A DNA stretch of 64,000 bases, from assembly GCA_036172245.1 (NCBI GenBank), contig JAYWIR010000018.1, forward strand, positions 2,604,001 through 2,668,000, given 5' to 3'. This DNA comes from Raillietiella orientalis (taxonomy: Eukaryota). The notes under the pieces are model-generated. The model worked only from the letters and a program-made list of their open reading frames with translations. It was not told the origin of the DNA and searched no databases. A program made the position numbers and the translations under genes. How positions within the stretch are numbered: the stretch's first letter is position 1; each line of letters begins with the position of its first letter. This document shows, one piece after another, positions 39,300-51,019 of this stretch.

Positions 39300-41500
39300 C
39301 AATCCGGGAACGAATGGTGTGTTTCCAAGCTTTCACAACCTCAGAGACCGCCGCGAAATAGCAGCCTTCGCGACCGAGGGGTAGCCTCTGCGCTCCACTC
39401 CCGAAGGGATGACTCCCTGACTCCGCAACTGCTCCCGGCCGCGAAGGAAAGCTGCGACCGCGGGGATGAAACGAGACGGCGATGATCTCGCATGAGGAAA
39501 AGCTGCATCGAGAGCCCCTGCAACGAGAACGTGGGTGAGAATGGCCTCCCGGCGCTCGTGCGGACAAAATCCCCACTATGATTGGGTGGGTGCGCAGAAT
39601 GCTCGGTGGACCCTTCGAGGCTGCCAGGAAGGAGAATGCCCGGAGACGCAGTGCTGACCAGCAAGGGTGTCGACGCATCTCTTCTGGACGGAACGCTCTT
39701 TTACGAGGGAGTGCAGGCAGCGCCTCCCGCAGTTGCAACCCAGCAGAAAGTTTCCTCCGCGCGCGTTCCATCGACAGTGTGACCTCCTCTTGGCATGCCC
39801 AAGAGGAGCGGTCTGGTGTGCTGCCTGAAGATGGTCGTTCGTTAGAGGGCCTGTCATGACGCATTTCATCCTTCCGGTGGCGCAGATGACCCGATACGTG
39901 TTGCTTCTGTGCTGGATGCTGGATTACTTCGCTGTCTTCTGATCGTGCTTTTCACCTTCTCCCCCGTTCACCTGAGTACCCCGCCGCTTTTCGGCTTCTC
40001 TCTCGGCCAGCTTAGGTTTCCGGAGATTCCGTCACCTTCCAGGTGCTCTTCGATGCTGGGAAGAACAGGCAGGTCTTTTTCCGATGCCAAGGCCGGAGCT
40101 CCTGCGAAGGCAGGCAGGCAACCTCGAGCACGGCGGCTCGTCTCTCGCTCTCGGGCACTGGTAAGAGCATCGAAGACTCGAGATGTTTCCCGGGATTCGT
40201 TGGGTTGATGTTAGCACCACCCCCGCCCCCTTTTTCCCCTGCGCTACCCCCCTGACTCGGTTGGCCGAGTAGAGGCGAAGATGGAGTTCCGCACGCAGCC
40301 ACCGAGGACATGCGTGCGTCGAACGCTTTCCCAGCGCCGCGTCCTCTTGAGAGCGCCGCTGAAGCGGGCCACCCAAGCGTAGGAGGGCAGCGTGCTGCAA
40401 GAAACTTTCGGTCGGAGTGCCGCAGACGATCCTCGGTGTACAGGAAGCGATGGCTGCACCACGGCTTTCCCGCACGCGGAAAATATCCTTCAGCTGATCG
40501 CGACTTCTGGACAAGTGGGCTGCCTGCGCCCGCCTGCCTGTCTTGGAGCACGCCGGACGACGAAGGCCAAATTCGTGTGCCTCCCACAACGATCGAACGT
40601 CTCCTCCTGACTGGTGATTTGATTTGCCATCTTCAATGATGCGGCGCTCTGAGGTCCACCCGCACGATAAGCGACCCGCTGTTCACCTGCCGCATGCGGC
40701 ACTTCGGGATCGCTCATCTCCCCGGCATGACGCCAAAAGCCCGCGTTCACAAGGGAATGCCTGGAGCCTACTAGCGGCCGCTGCGCTCGGAGCCTCGTGG
40801 AGGCTTGGCTCCAGGGGTGCCCGCAGACTGCTGCAGGGGGCACGGAAGCGCGGATGAGATCACGGCCGACCGGGACCGATGCGGAGCAGGCGGATCAGGT
40901 GGACCAGCGCGCCAAGAATGGCGGGGTGAACGGGAACCGAATCCGTCTCATGGACGCGGTCGAGCTCGTCGCCCACGGGTGCTCGGTGGTGCGACCGTCT
41001 CGTCGCACCAAGCATCCACCACGTCCACGGAGCAGCTCTCGTTCGCTCTCATTCCAGAAAAATCGACTTGTTCCGCTTCCTCGGGTGAAGCAGGGAACCT
41101 GGAAAGCACACCGGGGAACCCGCACGGGGAGTTCCGCCACCGGCAGCTCGGCACTCAGGAAGAACCGCTCTTCCCTGGAGCCTAGCCTCCCTCCGACACA
41201 GAATCCGGAAGCGGAGACGGAAAGTGAGTTATGCCGTTCAGAGCAAGGTCACGTGGATGGCGCCGTGGATGGCGTTCATCGAGCATGTACAGGGCGGTGG
41301 GAGCGTCCAGTCTGTCCCATCACAACGCGCGCGCGGCGGCCACCAGCCAGGAAGCGTAGGCAGCGGTGCGTCTGCTGCCGCCACCCTGGAGCACCTACCA
41401 AGTCTTCCCGAAAGGCAATGATCCAGAGCGCGGGTTCGAAGCAAACCGAGCATGACCTTCACGGCCATCGCGTCTCCTCCTCCCTGAGGTAGCTTTTCGC
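39300..41500 (-). mobile_element. Tx1-like LINE 5' half relic (ORF1 + APE)
   Basis: AIHVTL (FDVTF), then EGYFPRAGKPWCSHR (G..Y.GQP..C.RC), then ILRTHP and RDHRRLV (SDH), in the expected order. Confidence 0.35.
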
Positions 41501-41739
41501 AGCCCGCGTGCGCCGCGAGCAAGCGGCGCGGGACCCGGCCGTCTTAGTGCCGCCGAGCCTGATCTAGAACACTGGATGAAGCTCGTTGGCAGGCAACCGG
41601 TCGCGCCACGGAGGGTGACGGCAGGGTCGTCGGCGAGAGATCACGGAACTAACCGGGTGCGACAGGCGCGCCTTCGAATCGGGCAGAGAGAGCGGCCGCT
41701 TCGCTCCCGAGGGAGGCAGCCAGCAGACAACGGCAGCCG

Positions 41740-41990
41740 TCATCATCAGGAAGAGAAGATTTGTCATCGTCAGATCGACATCCGTCATTGTCGGGATGGA
41801 CAGGTACTGCCATCATCATCAGGACGAAGGTCATTGTCGCCGTTGCTCTCGTCGTCAAGACGAGGGTCATCATCATCAGGGCGAGTCATCATCATCTGGT
41901 TGAGGGTCATCGTAGTCGTGATCGTCAAGGCGAGAGTCTTCATCAAGACGAAGGTCATCACCATCGCAACGAGCAGACGCATCATCAGGG
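41740..41990 (-). repeat. Degenerate GAT/GAC-rich tandem repeat (Asp-rich if translated)
   Basis: Recurring GATGACC(C/T)TCGTC(T/C)TGA(T/C)GA units; PDDDDPRLDDESNGDNDLRPDDD in ORF 41785-42030. Confidence 0.7.
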
Positions 41991-42239
41991 CTGGCGCTTG
42001 CCATGAGCTTTCGTGGTCTTCCCAGTCCACAGGTCCCCCGAGACAGCAAGCGGTGGTTGAGCTACGTCCTTGATCCCGGCTTTAAGGAACGCTTGGTGGC
42101 TAACGAGGCGAGGATGTCCTCGAACTGGGGGCAATAGCCTCACCTGGACATCCCAATACAACAACAACTTGCAGGCATCCTGCAGAGGATGCAAAGGACC
42201 CGCGCCCCAGTATACAGTGATCCCTTTCCGCATCCCCAA

Positions 42240-42330
42240 GTTCGAGGCATCGATCTCGTAAGGGATGACCCCGTGATCCCAGAAGCGTTCCAGGCGGGGT
42301 GTGGCGGCGCGGGCTTTGCGAATCGTCCTG
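42240..42330 (-). pseudogene. Orphan tolloid/BMP1-like (astacin, M12A) gene fragment: furin site and mature N-terminus only
   Basis: RKARAATPRLERFWDHGVIPYEIDA matches the tolloid/BMP1 RxxRAAT.R.ER.WD.GVIPY.ID signature. No HExxH or CUB exon was seen downstream. Confidence 0.75.
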
Positions 42331-43599
42331 TGCTCGTTCTTCTGGGCCCGTATTTTCAAGGGTCCATGCAGAGGTCGGCCGACGTCTTCCTGGGGGCGTC
42401 GAGGACCCGCTTCAATCTTTTCATTTAATTTTTTTTTTTCAAAAAAAGAAGACTGGACAACGCTCTGGGATGTCCTTGCACCACTCACAAAAAAGCTCCG
42501 TGGACTCCCCTGCGACCACGCCTTAGTGCTGTTTTTATTGGTGGATGATAATTTTGAATTTTGCCCGGAAGCTCCGGGCCACTCCTCATCCCCAAAGTTT
42601 TATTTATCTTTTATTTTTGCTTTTTTTTTCCTTTTTTTTGTTCGTCCTTCTCTCCTCCCTTCTGCTGCCGTGGCGGACCGCACCGGTCTGCGAACCGGTA
42701 ACCCAGCAGGTTCCCGTGAAATTGCGTGTGTTCGGACCGCCGCAGATTTAGTAAATGTTTATTTGTTTTATAAATAAACGCCCCAGTGTACCCGGATGAA
42801 AATCGAACTGGGAGCAAGAGATGGGGAGAGGGTCTCGTAGGGTTCCGTGGAGAAGCCGCCTCATGAACTGCTACCTCCGGAGACTTTGAGGCCGCCACGT
42901 ACCTCGCGGCTTCTGGCGCACGTAGGTTGGGTAAGCCGGGGACCGTCCTACCCCCTGGCGGTACTCCCTTTCCGTGCGTTACGGTGTCCTCGGTGGTCTC
43001 CAGGGACGAGCGGGAGACGGCCCCCTTCCCATCCTCCCGATCACAGCCTCTGCCTCTCTGCCGCCTTGTTCTCTGGCTGCATCTTCTCACTCGTCCTCCC
43101 GTTTCGCCCTCGCGCAGTGCCCTCGGTCCTGGACAGTCCACCCCAGAGAGACGAGCCTCAGGAAGGTGCAGATGGCCCGGCCCATGGGCAGCGCAGCCCC
43201 CCGCCCTCCACGGAACGGCGCGCGAAGAGACAAAACGGGAGACTATAGAAATTCGGTGTTGGAGTCTCATGACTTTTCCTCGACCTGAGCAGAGGGTCGG
43301 TCCGCAGTCGATGTTCCAAAGTGGTGGACGCGTTCCATGACGAGGGGAGTATTTCGCGGGTGGGTGACCACCGCCGTGACTCGAAGCCGCACAGTCCCCC
43401 GCTAGGCACCGGACACTTTCCGCCTCTGCGCCAAGCGGACGTGATCCAACGACATCATGGGGCACGTACAAAAGAGCACACTGTCTTGGAGATGAACTCT
43501 TCCTCTGGTGAGCCCGCCTACGTTGTCGCGCCCGGTAGGTGTCCCTATCGCGTTGGATACCGGACGACACCGCCATCTTGCTTGGGACGGGAACGTAAA

Positions 43600-44160
43600 A
43601 TCCCAGCCTGCCGGATCAGATTGGATCAGAGCCATTCAGATGAACGTGCTCGATCCCTCCTACCTCTCGTCCGAGCCCTTCTTCGGGATGTGACTTATCG
43701 GAGGCTTTGCAGAACGAGAGATAAAGGGTTGGGTCGCAATCCGGTTTCCGTAAGCCGGGATTTCCCTTCTGGCTGCATTCTCATTCCCAACATGCTCGTT
43801 TGTCCCACGTGAAGATCATCTTCTTTTTCTTTTCCTTGTCTCCAAACGTAAGGCAGCGAACTGCTCTTCAGCATCCACGGTGAAGTGAAAGAGGGAAGCG
43901 CTGTCCGCGGCACGTGGACCGGTTACGTCTCCCAGTACGTCCCTCCCCTCCTCGCATAACTTGGCGCGCGTTTTCTTCGTATCATCCCAGATTTATGAAT
44001 CTCCAAATCCCGTCTGCAAAGTGGACTCCTGATCTGGCGATCTTCAGAGGCACTTCCCAGAGGAAACCTCGGCGGGAAACGGTCGCGTAAGGAATCTCGG
44101 CTCCGATCCCTAGCTCACTGACTGATCGCCCGAGATGCAGATCACTCAGACTCAGGTTTT
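43600..44160 (-). mobile_element. Possible RTE-like RT C-terminal relic
   Basis: HFADG..RFINLG*YEEN resembles FADD..FKYLGS..NG. Weak support. Confidence 0.25.
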
Positions 44161-44579
44161 TATCTCTACGTTTTAATTTCACCTCAAAACTCCCTCCCTC
44201 CCCCCATGTTCCCTCCTCCTCCCTTCAGGATATCGCGCAAGTCGCCCCTTGTGCATCTGTACGTAATAAAAATGGGTGCTAATGAATCATGAGTAATGTA
44301 ATCTCCATGACCCAGGGCTTCGATGCGCAAGTGCACGATCCATGTCTCTGCACCGTGGTACGGAAATTACGCGTATCTGCTCCTGACAATATGGTGCGCA
44401 TATTGTCGGAAGCAGACACACTTAATTATTTATTACATATGAATACTCTCGAATCACGGGGCAATTACATGCGAATACGTCATCAAATCTGTAAAGCATG
44501 AAGCGGCGGCAAAATGAAGCACAAGACTACGCGCAATTCGCTGCTCATTGTTGCCGCGGCCCGGGAGGCAACAATGAGC

Positions 44580-44660
44580 AGATAAGTATGAATAGAGCTC
44601 GCGGATATAAGTATAAATAGATCATCGCGGATATAATAAGTATAAATAGACCATCGCGGG
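44580..44660. repeat. Short tandem repeat, 2-3 copies of ~26-29 bp
   Basis: CGCGGATATAAGTATAAATAGATCAT and CGCGGATATAATAAGTATAAATAGACCAT, preceded by a degenerate GATAAGTATGAATAGAGCT. Confidence 0.8.
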
Positions 44661-45379
44661 TGATTCGCAATAACATTGAGATATCTCCCTACACGTCTCA
44701 GGCTACTCCCGCTGGCTGAGATGGGGCCGCGCGCGGCTGGTTCCAGGCAAAAAAAGGAGCGCATTGTGACTGTGCAGTAGGAGAGACGAGCTCCCTCCCA
44801 CATGAACCCGGTCCGAAAGGGATTCGTCCGGTTTAGGGGAAGGGGGGGGAAGAGTCGGGACTCCCGAGAGCCAAACTCCCCGAGCTCGCCTCAGTCCGCC
44901 TTCCTCCGGAGCGAGCGGGAGCGCGCGCGAGAATTTCCCGCCTCTCCGGAGCGTCCGCTCGGGAGATCCCGGAAGCTCGATCGCACCCGCATTCTTGGCG
45001 TGCCTTGGTGTGGGATGTCTCGAGGGCGGAGGGGCCGAGATCTCGCAACAAATCACTCGCGGGCCATCCTTAATTTGATTTCCCGGGCAGCGCGGAACGC
45101 TCTCCCGCCGCCCCCGGGAGCGCTTTCTTTCCGCGCGCTCCAAGGACGGATGATTTTCAATTTAGTGCTCCTCCGGATCTCCCCCTCCCCTTCCCGTTTT
45201 CCTCGCAGGATCCGATCGTCCATTTCTCCCGCGGCTCCCTGCGAACGGACACACTCCCTTTTCATAATTACGGGACGACCATTTTTTATGCCGTTGGAAG
45301 CGGCGCGCCTCTCCCGAGCGCGCACACGCTGAGGGATGCCGAGGTGCCCTTCCATCGGGTTTGTGCTTCCCCACCCCAC

Positions 45380-46600
45380 CCTCTCGCGATTCCTAGAAAG
45401 TGGCATCACCCCTGAGTCTTTTCCGAAGAAGGGAAAGCGGGAGGTTCTAACGTCTTCATTCTGGCTCAGTTCGGCGAGGTGGGAAGCAGGGTACGCACGA
45501 TCTGGGGGTTCCTTTGAGGGCTGCCAAGGGACCGCAGTCCTCATTGGAACCGCCCGACTCCTGCTACTTGAATTCCACGGTCCTGGGTTGGCAGGGACCA
45601 GGAGGATGACGCGGTGGAGGAAAGGCCCCGGAAGGTTTCGTTCCTCCCCCCCTTTGGGGCAGGGACCCCTTTCGCGCGACATGGCACCCGGCGCTCCGGA
45701 GTGCGCGCGTGCGGGCATGCAGAGCAGCAGCCCAATTGCAGCTCAGAAGATGGCCGCTCCTCCGTGCTGCGATCAGGCCAGACTTTCGAAAGACCTGCTG
45801 CCTCTGGCCGCGTCTCTGAAGGCCAGGGACTTCTTGCTGATGCCTCCCCCCCCTTCCCTTCCATGAGATCGATGCCCCGCCTCCTCCCAGCGAGATCCGG
45901 CGTCCCCTCTGGAGACTTCCGGGGTCGACTGTGCCACGCTTAAGGGCTTTTCTTGAGGGCCTCCGGGGTCTCGCCGGGGCATCTGGCACCACCACCGGGG
46001 CGTGCGCCGACGGAGGTGCCTCCAGGCAAGCGCGAGAGCTCACCATGCCTATTTTCCGGGGCCTGTCGCTCTCCGAAACTCCGGAGGGCAGGGGTGCCTC
46101 CATTCCGGAAGCTGGATGCTGGTGCTCGCCTCTGGGACAGCCCCGTCGCCCGTCCCTCCGGCGGGCCCGCCGCGCATTTCGGTTTCCGCGGCCACCCGCG
46201 TCCCCGCTACCCGTAGCAACCATCACCTCGGGGCGCCCGTTCTGCTCGCCGAAACGGGACTGCTGGGGGCTGCCAGCGGGCCAGATTCGTCTACCCCATT
46301 TAAGACAGCTATTCGAGGCCTTTTCGGACCTAAGGCCCCGCCCTATCGGAGGTGACTTCTCCCTGTTTCTCTTCCGCTCCGAAGAGTGCCAGCTGCCCCG
46401 CGGGAGACTCTGCAAAGAGCCAGCGGTGCTGCCGTTAGATGGTTCTGTTCGTCCCTTACCCACTCCCACGGTCGACCCCCACGTCATCCGGAGACATCCC
46501 AGGCTGCATCCTCGCCTGGGCGCCTCGCCGCTTTTCTCTGGGCTTCCTCCTTCCCCTCCGTATCCGGGGCACTGAAGGGCAGCAGCGTGGGCTCCTTCGT
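45380..46600 (+). mobile_element. L1/Tx1-like RT relic
   Basis: GITPESFPKKGK (G.I.LIPKKG) and GGCAGGGACCCCTTTCG (frameshifted RQGDPLS). Confidence 0.35.
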
Positions 46601-47949
46601 TAACGGTCAGCTCCGCAGCACAGACGATGCTCAAACTGCCCTTTGAGCCGAAGACCCACGAGGGAGAGGGGGAGGTTGCGCTCTTTGGGCGCGACCAGCA
46701 TCTCTGCGCCCATCACAAGAAGTTTTTTTTTTTCCTCCCCTCTTTTGAGCGATAGAGCGAGCCTTGGACACGCGGAACACCCCGGGGGCAGAAACGCGCA
46801 GGTTGAGTCGAAAGGACAGGAAAGCAAAGTAGGGCGGCCACTCTCCGTGGGATCGCCGCGCGTCCTATGCCTTTTTCCCCGGCGTTGCTGAAGCCGACCG
46901 GGTCGATACGTCGGGGACCTCGCGGATCCGAGGGCGCGGATGCCCTCGGCCCCGTCGACCTACGGCCCATCTCTTGCCAGAGCTTCCGCGTCGTTCCAAG
47001 TCACCCCTAGACGCACCGTCTCGTCTCCCAAGGTGGTGAGCAGCGAGCGGGAGAGAGCGGAGTGAGGACCGCGGTCGGCTGGCTGAGGGCATCCGCTCCC
47101 GCAAATCCGCTATGTGCCCGACGGAACGACCCGGCGGTTCCAGCGGCGCCGGGAAAATCTCCCCCCCTCCTACGCCCTATTCTCCCTGCGCGGGTCGGTG
47201 GGTCCCAGACGCGAGGCGGTGCCGCAGCCGTCGCATGACCTGCTCGCCGTGCTCGTCGTCGGCGTCCCGGTGGTCTCGCCTCTTACGGGTCCCTGCCCGT
47301 CCCTCACGGAGCGTCCCCAGAAGCAACGCGCAGACCCAGTAGGCGATCCCCGACCTATCGATCCGCCCCTACTCGAACCGCTCCAGCGGGAGGCGGAAGG
47401 AAGGAAAACATTCCTTTTCGATGAGAGGACGCCGCGAGGCTCCCTTTCGTCGTGACCCCTCCCGAGCAGTCGATCGATTTCCAGCAGGGCCACTCGAGCC
47501 GCGAGCAACTCCGCCTCTCCGTGGAGTCCACAGGCTCCCCCCAACGCAGAGCTCCCCTGTGGAAGACGCAGGGATAGAGCGAAACGCGCTAGGAGGCCTT
47601 TCCGACGGCCAGAACGCTTCGGCGGGAGGCAGGCACGGGACCTCAGAGCAACTGGCGCAGCGGCGGAGCCCGCGGCAGCCTGTCTCGGGGCGGGCGGGGT
47701 GAGCGAAGAGGCGCAAGCTACACGGCTCTGCGCATCCTCCGTCCGGCCTCCCGGCCTTCCACCTTGGGAGCCCGGGGGCCTGCCTCCGGGGTGATGACGG
47801 TCGCGCGCGCTCGTTGTGGGTTGCGGTGGCGGCGCTCTCGCAGGTCTCCCTTCGTCGGTCTGGGAGCGGATCGGGTGGTCTCCGGCTCCCAGAGTGCGTA
47901 CTGTTTCTTCTGCCCCCTCTTAGGACCCTCAACCTCCCCCTATGGTATC

Positions 47950-48618
47950 TGATGTGGCGGTGCTGGCCTTAAGGTGGCGCAGCTGCTGTCCAGGTCCCCG
48001 AACCATGTGCCGGACAGGTACACCATGCTGGAAATCCTCCTGCCCAGCTTCACGCCTGCCATTTCGGAGATGACCTACTCGAGCGCTTTGGCAAACTAAT
48101 CCTCCAGGAAGCCCTACGCGGGCTAGGACATTCCTCGCAGCGCTTGACGTGCGCGCAAGCAGCGCCTTCCCCCAGCTGGAAAACCGAAACGTGTTTGTCG
48201 CCCTGCGGTCCGCAGTCCCCACAGGGCAGCTGATGTGCGGCTTTGTCGTTGCCTGGGCGGGGAAGAAGATCTATGGGTGGTGCAGCCCTTCTTCCTCTCC
48301 CGCTTTCGCTCCTTCTCTCTCTTCCCGCTGCTGCTCTGCCTCCCGGCAGCCCCACCACCAGCGGACCTTTGGGCCATCTCGACCTCCCGTGTTTTGCACA
48401 TGCGGGCAGCGGGCAAGCGCGACACGCACGTGACGCAGCACCTGACAACACCTCGACTCTCAACATCGACAGCTGCTGACGTCCCCAGGTCAAACCGTCT
48501 CGGATGTTTCCTCTTCCGTTCACTCCAAGAGAGGCGGCAAACAAGAGAATTCTGTCCACTCATCCCATCGTCGCAGAGCACCCTTCATTTCGGATTGCCA
48601 GGCGAGTCAGGGGCGAAA
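47950..48618 (-). mobile_element. L1/Tx1-like RT relic, homolog of the 50500 region
   Basis: CCTCCAGGAAGCCCTACGCGGGCTAGGACATTCCTCGCAGCGC at ~48101 vs CCTCCAGGAAGCCATACGCGGGCTCGGACATTCCTCGCAGCGC at 50521. Confidence 0.5.
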
Positions 48619-49905
48619 ATTCCGCCTGTCTTCCCGACCCCACGAACGAAACGACCAGGATTGAGGGGATGCCCGCGATGGCGGGAACCATCATCAGCAT
48701 GGGGCATCACCAGCATCATCAGGTGGCACACGACGACGACGGCGACGATGTGGGGGAGGAGAGGGGAGAAAGGAAACGAACTCCCACCCTCCACCCTGCC
48801 TGCCGCTCTTGCAGGTCGAGGAAGATGACCAACGGACAGGAAACCGAAAAGGCCGTAGAGGTGCGCGCGTGCCTCCGAGCACGTCCTGCGGCCCAGCATT
48901 CGCGGGCAGGCCTGTCAGCGAGTCCAGGCCTCCTGCAGCAACTGCAGTGCACTTCCGGAAGCGCTCACGGAACCGTTTCCAAGACTACGTGGCGCGTGGC
49001 CATTCCTTGCGCGTGTGCGCGCGGTCGCAGCTCCTCCTTCCCTCTGGTCCTGCACTGCCAGACTCTGCACTGCCAAGCGATGTCCTCAGATGGGGCGCCG
49101 ACACGGGTGGTCGGCCACTCACTGGAAGAAGAGGCGTTCCGCCGCGCTGCAGACGAAAGTTGGGAGCCAAGAGGAGGGCAGGCCGACGAGTGATGGAAGG
49201 AGCGGGCAGGAAAGGGGGTGGCTTACAGCATCCCCGAGTCGGGCAGGGTCGGGAGCGGATCGCTGCGTGGTTCGAGTCAGCCTGATCACAGTCGACCTCG
49301 GGCTGCCTCGCGGACCGGGACGTGGCAACGCCCTTCGCGTCCGAGCGCGGCGACTGCGAACGGCTCGCCAGGATGGCAGCCGCACTTCTCGTCCTCTCCG
49401 ACGACCACTCGTGACTCGCACGCGCGGCACAGGGTGACCGACGACGAGGCGGCAGCGGAGGAGGCAACGGGAGAGTCGACCGTCCGTCCGAGCAGAGGGG
49501 TTCCAACGTGGAAGGGGGAGGCGCTGGAGTGTTTTCCCGCTGCCGCGGCTGCATCGGCAGCGTTCCCATTGACCTGCAGCGGGCGGGCGCGTTCTTTGGA
49601 GATCCTCCCCGATGGTGCGCGGTGGCCGTTAGTCTGTTCCTCTCTATCGAGCAGATCCCAGAGCACCGGCAGGGTTCTGGGTCTGCTGGCACCCAAGAGC
49701 GGGGGCGAAGGAGGCGTCCAGCAGGCAGGCCGGCATCTGGCAATCCTCTCGCGGGATGCGGAGAAAGCACCTCCTGCTGTGCGGTCGCTGAGCACAGCCC
49801 TCTGGTGTGACTCGGTGCTCCAGCGGGTGCGGCGGTGTCCGCGCGCTTCCTCCTAATCCCGCCGACGCAGGAGGGGACGCTCGGAGTCTTGAGCGGTCTC
49901 ATCCC
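48619..49905 (+). repeat. Near-identical ~1.29 kb direct repeat, copy 2
   Basis: Aligns to 28236-29521 at an offset of 20383-20384 bp. Confidence 0.97.
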
Positions 49906-50880
49906 GTGTCCCGTGCTCCGAGGGTGAGATGGATATGTGGGCAAGGAGGTTCCAAATATTGGTGAGCGCACTTAGCCTTGGATCCGCCTTGGAAGAGGCG
50001 CGCGTTCACCTGGAGCACTTGCTCGCCGCCTGGAGCAGGAAGTCAGGGCACCCTTTCCTTTCAGACCCTAGGGATCAGGGCTGAGCGGACACTGAGCGCA
50101 GTGCACCTCCTCGCTGGAGGGCACATGAGCAGTTCTTCCACCACCGCTTCGTGCATGCTGCTGGCCTGCTGCTACGATCTGCTTGAGGGTCGCATTGGCG
50201 CAGACGACGAACCATTTGGGATGAGGCGATGGGTCCACTCGGCCGCTGCGTGCTTCATCCATCCTCCCAGCCATCTGGAGGACCAAAGCTGCGGCCAGCC
50301 AGACCCGGGAAAGGTCGACCAGAAGAATCGGCCGGGCCTGGGCAGTTTAGAAGGAAGATCGAAGCGTCGTCCTGGACACCTCCTTTCCCTTGGAGACGGG
50401 CGAGGGCGTTACAGGTGAAAGGAGGAAAGAATTGCCTCGTCCCTCTTCTCCAGAAAAGCTCGAGTGTCGGTCTGCGAGCCCTATTGGTGGCAAACGCCCT
50501 GGGACCGCGGGACCTGAGAGCCTCCAGGAAGCCATACGCGGGCTCGGACATTCCTCGCAGCGCGTGATGTCATCGCCGGCGCGTTCCGACACCGCCCACT
50601 GCTGGACACACCTCTTGGTGTCACTAGCCCACGCCAAGCGGTGGAAGCAGCGCACGCCGCAACGAGCAGCTCCCGTTCTGGCTGGGAATGGAGCTCCGTT
50701 GTCCAGTGCCGAAATGGCAAGCTGCGGGAGAAACGATGGACGATGTCCAGAGTTGACTAATGCCTCCCAGAGGTGTTCAAATGAATGCCCCCAGGGCGCG
50801 AAAAGGCAAAGTGCTACTCTTGGCAAGTCTTTATTGAAGCCTTTGCTATCTATCTATTGTGGTTTCGAAACACTTTGCAG
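49906..50880 (-). mobile_element. L1/Tx1-like RT relic continuing into repeat copy 2
   Basis: IDSKGFNK (LDxxKAFD), HLWEALVNSGHRPSF (L...L...G....F), PFPARTGAARCG (F....GVRQG) and RAGDDIT (YADDIT), in order. Confidence 0.55.
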
Positions 50881-51019
50881 CAGCGTGTGGTGGAGTGTCA
50901 AGGCCAACGCTCAAGGCCGCGTCTGAGGGCCTTTCCGGTGGACGACGGAGAGGCCGCGATTTCTCCGCGAAGTCCGCAAAGCTGGATGCGATCTCACTGC
51001 AAGAGGGAAGAATACTGTT

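Noticed and set aside
28236..49905. The direct repeats as LTRs of a 21 kb retroelement
   Set aside because: No TG..CA termini, PBS/PPT or TSD seen. The interior is a mix of unrelated relics on both strands, and flank similarity extends past the repeat ends.
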